Positions 9,579 through 18,163 of a DNA stretch of 64,000 nt are shown one piece after another. Below the pieces are notes generated by a model. The model was not told the origin of the DNA. It did no database searches and saw nothing but the letters and a program-made list of their open reading frames with translations. The position numbers were made by a program, and so were the translations under genes. How positions within the stretch are numbered: position 1 is the stretch's first letter; each line of letters starts with the position of its first letter. This stretch comes from an uncultured Candidatus Rokubacteria bacterium (GTDB lineage Bacteria; Methylomirabilota; Methylomirabilia; Rokubacteriales; DASRDR01), in assembly GCA_963708025.1 (NCBI GenBank), contig CAVPSB010000013.1, forward strand, positions 64,001-128,000, written 5' to 3'.

Positions 9579-10493
9579 ATGCTGCTGCTCATCCAGGCCC
9601 TGAACGGGCTCCAGCTCGGGGTCATGCTCTTCCTGATGGCGGCCGGGCTCACCCTCGTCTTCGGGATCATGAACCTGGTCAACCTCGCCCACGGCTCTCT
9701 CTACATGGTCGGCGCCTACTTCGCGGCCGTCTTTCAGCAGTGGACGGGCTCGTTCCTGCTCGCGGTCCTCCTCGCCCTGCCCGCCACCGCGCTGGTGGGG
9801 GTCGCCGTCGAGGTCGTGGTCCTGCGCACCCTCTACGCTCGCGATCACCTCGACCAGGTGCTGGCCACGTTCGGGCTCATCCTGTTCTTCAACGAGATGG
9901 TACGGATCCTGGGCGGCAAGGCGGCCCGCTACATGGCGCTGCCGGCCGGCCTCGAGGGCCACGTGACCCTCCTGCCCGGCGTTCGCTACCCGGCCTACCG
10001 GCTGGCGATCGTCTCGGTGGGGCTCGCGGTCGCCCTCTTCCTCTACCTCCTCATCACGCGCACCCGGCTCGGCATGCTGATCCGGGCGGGGGCGAGCAAC
10101 CGGACGATGGTGGGCGCGCTGGGGGTGAACATCCGCCTGCTCTACACGCTGGTCTTCGGGCTCGGCGCGGCGCTGGCCGGCCTGGCCGGCCTCATGGCGG
10201 GCCCCACCGTGTCCATCGAGTCCGGGATGGGCGAGCCGGTGCTGATCCTCACCTTCGTGGTCATCGTGATCGGGGGCATCGGATCGATCCGGGGCGCCCT
10301 GGTGGCCGCACTCCTGGTGGGCCTGGTGGACACCGTCGGGCGCGCCTTCCTGCCGCCGCTCCTGGGCACGGTCCTGCCGCCCCAGGCGGCGAACCAGGCC
10401 GGCCCGGCCCTGGCCTCCATGCTCATCTACGTCCTCATGGCCGCCGTCCTCGCGTTCCGGCCCGAGGGGCTCTTCCCGGCCCGCGCCGGCTGA
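9579..10493 (+). CDS. livH: LIV-family ABC transporter permease
   Basis: QALNGLQLG...GLTLVFGIMNLVNLAHG, TRLGMLIRA, VIGGIGSIRGA and RPEGLF motifs. Confidence 0.9.
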   Translation: MLLLIQALNGLQLGVMLFLMAAGLTLVFGIMNLVNLAHGSLYMVGAYFAAVFQQWTGSFLLAVLLALPATALVGVAVEVVVLRTLYARDHLDQVLATFGLILFFNEMVRILGGKAARYMALPAGLEGHVTLLPGVRYPAYRLAIVSVGLAVALFLYLLITRTRLGMLIRAGASNRTMVGALGVNIRLLYTLVFGLGAALAGLAGLMAGPTVSIESGMGEPVLILTFVVIVIGGIGSIRGALVAALLVGLVDTVGRAFLPPLLGTVLPPQAANQAGPALASMLIYVLMAAVLAFRPEGLFPARAG

Positions 10494-11437
10494 TGCGTCA
10501 CCGGCTGGGCGTCCTCACGCTGGCGGTGGGGTTGGTGGTGCTGGCCCTCGTGCCCCCGGCCGCCCGGGCGCTCGACGAGCCCTTCTACCTCACGCTGTTC
10601 GGTCGGATCATGATCTTCGCGATCGCCGCCCTGAGCCTGGACCTCATCCTGGGCTACGGAGGGCTGGTCAGCTTCGGGCACGCCGCCTACCTGGGCGTCG
10701 GCGTCTACACGGTGGGCATCCTCTCCGCCCACGGCGTCGGCAGCGGCTTCGTCCAGTGGCCGGTCGCCGTCCTGGCCTCGGCCCTGATCGCCGCGGCGAT
10801 CGGCGCCGTGTCGCTCCGGACGAGCGGCGTGTCCTTCATCATGATCACCCTCGCCTTCGCCCAGATGCTCTACTTCCTGGGCGTCAGCCTGAAGGCGTAC
10901 GGCGGCGACGACGGCATGACGATCGCGAGCCGCAGCCGGTTCGGGGGCCTCCTCGATCTCGAGGAGGCCTCGGTCTTCTACTACCTGGTCCTGGTGCTCC
11001 TGCTCGGGTTCCACTACCTCGCCTGGCGGCTCGTCCACTCGCGGTTCGGCATGGTGGTCCGCGGCTGCCGCTCCAACGAGCGGCGGATGCGCGCGATCGG
11101 CTTCCCGACCTACCGCTACAAGCTCACCGCCTTCGTCATCGCCGGCACGATGTGCGGGGTGGCCGGCGTGCTGCTCGCGAACTTCACCAAGTACATGAGC
11201 CCGGCTTTCATGCACTGGACGCGCTCGGGGGAGATCATGGTCATGGTGATCCTGGGCGGGATGGGCACCGTCTTCGGCCCGGCCCTCGGCGCCTTCGCCT
11301 TCCTGCTCCTCGAGGAGCTGCTCGCCGGGTACACCGAGTACTGGCCGGTTTTCCTGGGCCCGATCCTCGTCTTCATCGTGCTGTTCGCCAAGCGGGGGTT
11401 GTTCGGCCTCCTCTTTCCCGCCGTGCGCCGTGGCTGA
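10493..11437 (+). CDS. livM: LIV-family ABC transporter permease
   Basis: ATG overlaps the upstream TGA. SLDLILGYGGLVSFGHAAY, MITLAFAQM, SRFG and VILGGMGT motifs. Confidence 0.9.
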   Translation: MRHRLGVLTLAVGLVVLALVPPAARALDEPFYLTLFGRIMIFAIAALSLDLILGYGGLVSFGHAAYLGVGVYTVGILSAHGVGSGFVQWPVAVLASALIAAAIGAVSLRTSGVSFIMITLAFAQMLYFLGVSLKAYGGDDGMTIASRSRFGGLLDLEEASVFYYLVLVLLLGFHYLAWRLVHSRFGMVVRGCRSNERRMRAIGFPTYRYKLTAFVIAGTMCGVAGVLLANFTKYMSPAFMHWTRSGEIMVMVILGGMGTVFGPALGAFAFLLLEELLAGYTEYWPVFLGPILVFIVLFAKRGLFGLLFPAVRRG

Positions 11438-12194
11438 AGCGCTCCTCGAGACCCGGGGCCTCACCAAGCGGTTCGGCGGCGTCGTGGCCACCGACCAGGT
11501 GAGCCTGGCCGTCCAGTCCGGGGAGATCCACGCGGTGATCGGGCCAAACGGCGCCGGCAAGACCACCCTCATCGCCCAGCTCGCCGGCGAGCTGGCCCCC
11601 GACGCCGGGGCCATCCGCTTCGCGGGTGCCGACGTGACCGCCCTGCCCGTCCACGCCCGCTCGGCCCTCGGGCTCGCGCGCTCCTTCCAGATCACCAGCA
11701 TCTTCCGCGACTTCCCGGTGCTCGAGAACGTCGCCCTCGCCGTGCAGGCGCACGCCGGGCACAGCTTCCGCTTCTGGCGCGACACCCGGCGCCAGGCGGC
11801 CCTCCGCGACCCGGCCCGCGCCGTCCTGCGCGACGTCGGCCTGCTCGACCGGGCCGACGTCGTGGCCGCCGACCTCGCCCACGGCGAGCAGCGCCAGCTC
11901 GAGATCGCGATGGCCCTGGCGACGCGGCCGCGCCTCCTGCTCCTGGACGAGCCGACCGCGGGGATGGGTCCCGAGGAGTCGGCGCGGATGGTCGCGCTCC
12001 TCCGGACGCTGAGAGGCCAGCAGACCCTGGTCCTGGTCGAGCACGACATGGACGCCGTCTTCGCGCTCGCCGACCGTATCACGGTGCTGGTCTACGGGCG
12101 GGTCATCGCGACCGGACCGCCCGATGCCATCGCCGCCAGCCCGGTCGTCCGCGAGGCCTATCTCGGCGACTGGGCCGAGGGAGGGGGCGCGTAG
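11430..12194 (+). CDS. livG: LIV-family ABC transporter ATP-binding protein
   Basis: Walker A GPNGAGKT, ARSFQ, LLLDEPTAG, VEHDM and EAYLG. Confidence 0.92.
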   Translation: MAEALLETRGLTKRFGGVVATDQVSLAVQSGEIHAVIGPNGAGKTTLIAQLAGELAPDAGAIRFAGADVTALPVHARSALGLARSFQITSIFRDFPVLENVALAVQAHAGHSFRFWRDTRRQAALRDPARAVLRDVGLLDRADVVAADLAHGEQRQLEIAMALATRPRLLLLDEPTAGMGPEESARMVALLRTLRGQQTLVLVEHDMDAVFALADRITVLVYGRVIATGPPDAIAASPVVREAYLGDWAEGGGA

Positions 12195-12916
12195 TGCTGG
12201 AGGTGGAGGGCGTCGAGACCTGTTACGGGGAGAGCCAGGTGCTCTTCGGCATGAGCCTCGCCGTCGGCGCCGGCGAGGTCATCACCCTGCTCGGCCGGAA
12301 CGGCATGGGCAAGACCACCACCGTGCGAACGATCATGGGGCTGACGCCGCCGCGGGCCGGGGTGATCCGCTTCGAGGGCCGGGCCATCCACCGGTGGCCC
12401 GACTACCGGATCGCCCAGGCCGGGCTCGGGCTGGTGCCCGAGGGCCGGCAGGTCTTCCCGAACCTCACCGTGCGCGAGAACCTGGTCGCCACCGCCGCCA
12501 ACCGGCGCCGGGTGGTCGAGCCGTGGACGCTCGAGCGCGTCCTCGCGTTCTTCCCCGCGCTGGCCGCCCGGCAGCGCGGGCTGGGGAGCGCCCTCTCCGG
12601 CGGCGAGCAGCAGATGCTCGCCATCGGGCGGGCGCTGATGACCAACCCCCGGCTCCTGATCCTCGACGAGGCGACCGAGGGCCTGGCGCCGCTCGTCCGG
12701 GCGGAGATCTGGCGGTGCCTGGGAACGCTCAAGGCCGCCGGGCAGGCCATCCTCGTCATCGACAAGAACGTCGAGGCGCTGACCCGCATCGCCGACCGGC
12801 ACTACGTCATCGAGAAGGGCCGGGTCGTGTGGACCGGCGACTCCGCCGCGCTGCGGTCGGCGGCCGACGTCCAGCTCCGCCACCTCGGCGTCGCGCGAAG
12901 GGGAGGAACACCGTGA
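12194..12916 (+). CDS. livF: LIV-family ABC transporter ATP-binding protein
   Basis: GRNGMGKT, VPEGRQVF, LSGGEQQMLAIGRAL and LILDE. Confidence 0.92.
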   Translation: MLEVEGVETCYGESQVLFGMSLAVGAGEVITLLGRNGMGKTTTVRTIMGLTPPRAGVIRFEGRAIHRWPDYRIAQAGLGLVPEGRQVFPNLTVRENLVATAANRRRVVEPWTLERVLAFFPALAARQRGLGSALSGGEQQMLAIGRALMTNPRLLILDEATEGLAPLVRAEIWRCLGTLKAAGQAILVIDKNVEALTRIADRHYVIEKGRVVWTGDSAALRSAADVQLRHLGVARRGGTP

Positions 12917-14142
12917 GGATCGCGCCGTTCCGCGGCTACCGCCACGGCGGTACCGCGCGGGACCTGACCTCCGTCGTGGCGCCGCCCTACGACCAGATCA
13001 GCCCGCCCATGCAGGAGGCGCTCTACGCCATGAGCCCGGACAACATCGTCCGGGTCTCCTTCCCGCGAGACACGGCGGACGACAAGTACCGCCGGGCCCG
13101 GGAGACGCTCGATCGCTGGCTGGCGGAGGGGGTGTGGGTGCGCGAGGAGGTGCCCGCGATCTATCCCTACCAGCAGACCTACGGTGTGGGCGACGCCACC
13201 ATCACCCGGGCCGGCCTGGTCGTCCTCGGGGAGGTGACGCCGTACGCGCAGGGCACCGTCCTGCCCCACGAGCGGACCCACGCCGGCCCCAAGCGTGACC
13301 GCATGCGGCTCCTCGAGGCGACCGGCGCGGACATCGGCCTCCTCTTCATGCTGGCCAGCGACCCGACGGGCGAGATCCGGCGGGCCAGCACCCTGGCGAC
13401 CGACCCGATCGCCGAGGCCCGGGACCTGCGTGGCGAGACGCACCGGCTCTGGCGGGTGACCGACCCGGAGGCGATCCGGCGCGTCCAGGCGGCCACGGCG
13501 GAGGCCCGGGTGATCATCGCCGACGGCCATCATCGCTACGAGACGGCCGTCGAGTACGCGGGGCGACACCCCGAGGGCCGCTACAAGCTGATGGCCCTGT
13601 TCGCCCTCGAGGCGCCGGGCTTGACCATCCTGCCGAACCACCGGCTGGTCCACGGGGTCGAGGGCTTCGCCTGGCCGCGCTTCCTCGCGGCGGCCGCGCC
13701 CTGGTTCGACGCGGCGCCCCTCCCCGACCCCCTCGCGTTCCGGCCGACCAACCGGTCCCTCGGGGTGGTCGCGGGCGTGGAGTCGGCCGTCCTCACGCTG
13801 CGCGACGACGCGTTCGACCGCCTCCCCTGGCCGCCCGGCACCTCCGCGGCCTGGCGCGCGCTGGCGGTGTCGATCCTCCACGAGGGCCTCCTCCGCCCGC
13901 TGCTGGACATCACGGACGCCCGGCTGGATGCCCGGACCCACGTCAACTACACCGCGGACCAGGCGGAGGCGGTGAGCCTGGCCCGCGCCGGCCGCTACCA
14001 GGCGGCGTTCCTGATCGCCCCGACCACGCCGCCCGAGCTGCAGGCGGTCGTGCGGGGCGGCGAGCTCCTGCCCCAGAAGTCGACGCACTTCTACCCGAAG
14101 CTGCTCGACGGGCTGGTGTTCAACAGGCTGGGAGATTCGTAG
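12913..14142 (+). CDS. DUF1015 family protein
   Basis: GTG overlaps the livF stop. IAPFRG, VVAPPYDQIS, PHERT, IADGHHRYETA and LPQKSTHFYPKLLDGLVF motifs. Confidence 0.88.
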   Translation: MRIAPFRGYRHGGTARDLTSVVAPPYDQISPPMQEALYAMSPDNIVRVSFPRDTADDKYRRARETLDRWLAEGVWVREEVPAIYPYQQTYGVGDATITRAGLVVLGEVTPYAQGTVLPHERTHAGPKRDRMRLLEATGADIGLLFMLASDPTGEIRRASTLATDPIAEARDLRGETHRLWRVTDPEAIRRVQAATAEARVIIADGHHRYETAVEYAGRHPEGRYKLMALFALEAPGLTILPNHRLVHGVEGFAWPRFLAAAAPWFDAAPLPDPLAFRPTNRSLGVVAGVESAVLTLRDDAFDRLPWPPGTSAAWRALAVSILHEGLLRPLLDITDARLDARTHVNYTADQAEAVSLARAGRYQAAFLIAPTTPPELQAVVRGGELLPQKSTHFYPKLLDGLVFNRLGDS

Positions 14143-14149
14143 GAAGGGT

Positions 14150-14186
14150 TCGGAGGGGACTCCCGTTCGCTGGGAGCCCCCTCCGA
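14150..14186. terminator. GC-rich hairpin between convergent genes (terminator or REP-like)
   Basis: TCGGAGGGGACTCCC-GTTCGCT-GGGAGCCCCCTCCGA inverted repeat. A related CGGAGGGGGC...GCCCCCCCG hairpin lies at 22685-22712. Confidence 0.55.
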
Positions 14187-14200
14187 TGATCTACTGGTCG

Positions 14201-15218
14201 CTACTGGAGCTGGAACGGCTGCATGAACTGCGCGGCGAGATCCAGCGCGACGAACGCCGGCGCCAGCAGGAGCGGCTCGTTGCTGGGATCCCAGACGAAG
14301 CACTCTCCCGCCCAGGCGACGGAGCGGGCCTGGACGGAACTCGGGAGTCCGGCCGGATCCTCGACCCAGACCCGCCCGCCGTTGTCCACCGCGGCGGCAC
14401 GGAACGCCGTCATGGACGGCAGGACGAAGGCGGTACCCGTCTGGCTGCTACAGTTGTCGCCGTCAAAGTACACGGCACCTCCGACCAGCGCGCCGAATTC
14501 GAGTCTCAAGCCAAAGACCGCCCCTTGGCTCTTGAAGCCGACGAGCGGGAACCCAGCGTCGAATGTCACGACGGGCCCGACGACGAGCGGAGTAGTACTG
14601 GAGTCCACAACTTCGACGAATGCCGAGCCCCCGGTGCCCGGGTCACCCTTCGGACCTTGCAGACCCTGCAGCCCTTGCAGACCCTGCAGCCCTTGCAGAC
14701 CCTGCAGCCCTTGCAGACCCTGGGCGCCCTGTGGGCCAGCGGGACCAGCGGGACCAGCCGGGCCGACGGCACCAGCCGGACCGGTCGCGCCTTGCGGACC
14801 AGCCGGGCCCATGGCACCGGCCGGACCGGCCGGACCGGTCAAGCCAGCCGGACCAGCGGGACCAGCCGGCCCGGTCGCGCCCTTGGCACCGGCCGGACCG
14901 GCGACGCCGGCGGGACCAGCCGGGCCCACGGCCCCGGCGGCACCAGTCGCGCCCTTGGGACCGGCCGGAGCCGGCCGGGCCGGTAAGCCCCTGCGCGCCG
15001 ACCGGACCTCTCGGTCCCATCCGATTCCACTCCAGACGCCCCTCGTGTCGCGAGCACCGCTCGCGCGGCCCCACGACGCGCACGTGGCCGTTGGAGTACT
15101 GCACGCACGCGTGAATCACGTCCGAGGACCCGCCGCTGTTGGCCACGGCGACAGCCCCAGCGGCGGCGAGCACAAGCAGGATGACGACGGGACCTCCGCG
15201 ACGGGCCAGCTTGAGCAT
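14201..15218 (-). CDS. Secreted collagen-like (Gly-X-Y) protein, split by one frameshift near 14965
   Basis: N-terminus [26 protein letters not shown]...[15 protein letters not shown]...C...[13 protein letters not shown] is in one frame. The GPA/GLQ repeats and the C-terminal globular domain are in the frame of ORF 14201..14929. Confidence 0.8.
14655..14722. repeat. 18-bp tandem repeat (~3.75 copies) encoding (GLQ)7 in the collagen gene
   Basis: CCTTGCAGACCCTGCAGC repeated head to tail. Confidence 0.9.
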
Positions 15219-15449
15219 TGCCTCGCTCCTCCCTCCCCCTCTAGGGGTTTCCATGTAGAAGAGCAAGTTTCGGACCACGGCTGGAATGGCCCGGTTGGCT
15301 TCTCAGACGGGCACTTGTCGTAGGGGGATTCCCGTATGAGCCGAGGACGTCGCGGCCCGCTTGACGATTTGCGCACCAGCGGTGCCGGATTGACCAGGGT
15401 TCCAATTAGGATCCCCGGGAGTGGAAGCGCCGGGGCCGCCCGGCGAGAC

Positions 15450-15731
15450 TCAGCGCGCCGCGCGAGACCGCCGGGAGGACGGTGGGCGGGGCGTCCGGCC
15501 GAGGCGCCCCGGCTCGACCTCGGGGATCAGGCCGTTCACCTCGCCCAGCGCCCACAGGGCGAGGTGGCACTCGGTCTCGATGATCTGGGCGACCCGCTCC
15601 ACCGCGGGCGCCGTCGCCTCCCGGCGCAGCGCGTGAGCCAGGCGCCGCAGCGTCTGGAGGCGACGCACGGCTCGCGCCCGGTCGCCGGCGCGCGGGCCAG
15701 GCTTTGGTCCGGACCGGGCGCGCCGGCTCAT
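15450..15731 (-). CDS. Small hypothetical protein (93 aa), translationally coupled to the CoA ligase
   Basis: The ATG overlaps the ligase stop (ATGA). The core RLQTLRRLAHALRREATAPAVERVAQIIETECHLALWALGEVNGLIPEVEP looks protein-like. Confidence 0.55.
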   Translation of the reverse strand: MSRRARSGPKPGPRAGDRARAVRRLQTLRRLAHALRREATAPAVERVAQIIETECHLALWALGEVNGLIPEVEPGRLGRTPRPPSSRRSRAAR

Positions 15732-17116
15732 GTCGAGAGCTGCCAGCGATGCCCGGCCGGTCGATGGTCGAAGAACCGCTTCGCCTTCAGCTCGTAGCGC
15801 GGCAGGCTCCCCGACCGCAGCACCTCGACGGCGATCGTCACGCCGATCGTCGCCTTGAGCAACCCCTCCGCCTGGCCGCGGAGCCCCGCGTATCCGGTCT
15901 CCGGCACGTCGGCCCCGGCCTCGACCTTGACGAGGACCACGTCGTTCGACCCTTCCCGGCTCACGTGCAGCTCGTGGTGCTCCGACAGGCCCGCTACACG
16001 GTGGAGGAGGGCCTCGACTGCCGTCGGATACACGTTCACGCCCTTGGCGATGATCATGTGGTCGGTGCGGCCGAGGACGCCGCCCGGATAGCCGAGCCAG
16101 GTGGTGCCGCAGCCGCACCGGGCGTGGGTCCACCGCACCAGGTCGTGGGTGCGGTACTTGATGAGCGGCTGCCCGTGCTGGATGTAGGAGGTGACGAGGT
16201 GCTCGCCGACCTCGCCGTCGCGCACCCGCCGCCCCGTTTCGTCCACCACGAGCGCGTGGTACCAGTCCTCGCAGAGGTGGACCCGGTCGCCGAGCCGGCA
16301 GCCCGGGTTGGTCGGGCCCAGCTCGGCGATCCCGTACAGCTCGTACACCCGCGCGTCCCACAGCTCCGCGATGGCGTCGCGCGTCGTCGGGATCGAGCCG
16401 CCCGGCTCCCCCGACACGATGACGACGGACACCGACGTCTTCCGGAGGTCCACGTTCATCTCGCGCGCCACCTCGCCGAGGTACAGCGCGTACGTCGGCG
16501 TCGCCACCACGACGTCCGGGCGGTAGGCCAGGATCTGCTGGATCCGCGCCCGCGAGTCGAGACCCCCGCCCGACACCACGGTGCCGCCGAGCCGGCGCAC
16601 GCCCATGTAGGCGCTCCAGAACGCGGCGAAGATCCCCCAGTGGAACGGGAAGTAGAAGGTGTGCCGGGGACGGAGGCCGACGGTCCAGTAGAGGTAGACC
16701 CAGGACTCGCCCCACAGGAGCGAGGAGTGGTAGGTCAGCGGGATGTGGAGCGGCGCGCCGGTCGAGCCCGACGTCTGGAACCGATGGAGGAAGAAATCCT
16801 CCGGCACCGCCAGCGCCTCGCCGAACGGCGGGCTGACCGCCTGAGCGTCGAGGATCTCCTTCTTGTCGATCACCGGCAGCCGCTGCTCGAAGTCGTCCAT
16901 CGAGCGGATCTGCGCGGGCTTCACGCGGGCCCGGTCCAGGAGGCGCCGGTACATCGGGCTCCGCTGGTAGGCGTAGTTGACGAGCGCGCGGAGCTTGGCC
17001 AGGTGGAGCCGGTCCAGCTCGGCCCGGGGAAGGGTCTGTGTCCAGGGGTTCCAGAAGCGCGCCCGCAGGGTGCGGGGCTTGAAGAGCCGGGGGGACGGGG
17101 GCGTCGGAGCACCCAT
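15728..17116 (-). CDS. Phenylacetate-CoA ligase family (PaaK-like) adenylate-forming enzyme
   Basis: FQTSGSTG, ATPTYALYL, SGEPGGS, ELYGIAE, KYRTHD and GRTDHMIIAKGVNVYP motifs. Confidence 0.88.
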   Translation of the reverse strand: MGAPTPPSPRLFKPRTLRARFWNPWTQTLPRAELDRLHLAKLRALVNYAYQRSPMYRRLLDRARVKPAQIRSMDDFEQRLPVIDKKEILDAQAVSPPFGEALAVPEDFFLHRFQTSGSTGAPLHIPLTYHSSLLWGESWVYLYWTVGLRPRHTFYFPFHWGIFAAFWSAYMGVRRLGGTVVSGGGLDSRARIQQILAYRPDVVVATPTYALYLGEVAREMNVDLRKTSVSVVIVSGEPGGSIPTTRDAIAELWDARVYELYGIAELGPTNPGCRLGDRVHLCEDWYHALVVDETGRRVRDGEVGEHLVTSYIQHGQPLIKYRTHDLVRWTHARCGCGTTWLGYPGGVLGRTDHMIIAKGVNVYPTAVEALLHRVAGLSEHHELHVSREGSNDVVLVKVEAGADVPETGYAGLRGQAEGLLKATIGVTIAVEVLRSGSLPRYELKAKRFFDHRPAGHRWQLST

Positions 17117-17130
17117 TCCGTCGCGCGCGC

Positions 17131-18099
17131 TCAGAGCGAGATCCCCCACAAGGCCCGGGCGACGCTCCCGATCGCGTACGTCACGCCGACGGCGGCCGCG
17201 ATGATGACCAGGTTCGTCAGGACGCGGCGCCGGACGTCCATGCCGGACAGGAACGCCAGCAGCACCGAGACCAGGATGATCAGGGTCCCGGCAGCGAGCA
17301 TGGAGGCGAGGGCCGTCCGGGCCCCGAGGACGACCGGGAGCACCGGCACCAGGGCGCCCGCCAGGTAGCTGGCCCCGACCACGAGCGCCGAGGCCGCCGG
17401 GCTCTCCGCCGGCTCGGCCGGCGGCACGTCGTCCTCCCCGCTCAGGAAGCGGGCCCGCCGCTGCTCCATCTGCTGCACCTCGGACTCGGAGCCGACCGCC
17501 ACGTAGGCGCCGGCCGCCATCGAGAGCGAGCCGGCGACGGCGACGGTGGAGCCGGCGACCAGGACGGTCGCGGCGTCCGAGAATGCGGCGAAGAAGCCGC
17601 TGACCGCGCCGAGGATCTCGACGAGGCCGTCGTTCAGCCCGAGGAAGATGTCACGGACCCGCTGCGGGTTGATCCGTCGCTCGGCCAGACCGGTGACCAC
17701 GGTGTCCTCGTGCTCGAGCTCGTCCTCGAGGATGCCGCGGACCGCCGTCCCCAGCGGCCCGCCGCGGTAGGCATCCCACAGCGCGAGGTACTTGCGCACC
17801 CCGTACACCTCGATCGCCTCCAGCGCGAGGTGGATCGCGGGGTCGCCGACCACGCGACAGAGGAGGAGGAGCATCCGGAGCTTCACGCGGCGACCCCGGT
17901 CGAGCGCGGTGACCCGGATGTCGTAGAAGTCCTGCCAGAAGGCGAAGTGCCGGGTCTCGACCTCGATCAGCTCGTCCAGCGTCTTCCGGAGCTCGCCGTC
18001 CGTGATGTCGCGGAGGGCGCGGTAGAGCGAGAGGTCGAACAGCTCGTCGAGGACCAGGCGGGCGGCCAGCTTCGGGTCGACGGGAACCGGCGTCGCCAT
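17131..18099 (-). CDS. Ferritin/rubrerythrin-like domain fused to a VIT1/CCC1 metal transporter
   Basis: The N-terminus has DE..., ETRH, EAIE and EDELEHE di-iron-type motifs. The C-terminus has RDIFLGLNDGLV, GSLSMAAGAY and several TM helices. Confidence 0.85.
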   Translation of the reverse strand: MATPVPVDPKLAARLVLDELFDLSLYRALRDITDGELRKTLDELIEVETRHFAFWQDFYDIRVTALDRGRRVKLRMLLLLCRVVGDPAIHLALEAIEVYGVRKYLALWDAYRGGPLGTAVRGILEDELEHEDTVVTGLAERRINPQRVRDIFLGLNDGLVEILGAVSGFFAAFSDAATVLVAGSTVAVAGSLSMAAGAYVAVGSESEVQQMEQRRARFLSGEDDVPPAEPAESPAASALVVGASYLAGALVPVLPVVLGARTALASMLAAGTLIILVSVLLAFLSGMDVRRRVLTNLVIIAAAVGVTYAIGSVARALWGISL

Positions 18100-18163
18100 C
18101 CCCCCGATCTTACCCCGAACGGCGCGAGCCCCGCCGGCCCGCCCGCGGCCCGGCGCCTCGTGG

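Noticed and set aside
14223-15323. Cys/Pro-rich repeat protein (PCRPCS) on the plus strand
   Set aside because: It is the antisense reading of the collagen GLQ/GPA repeats.
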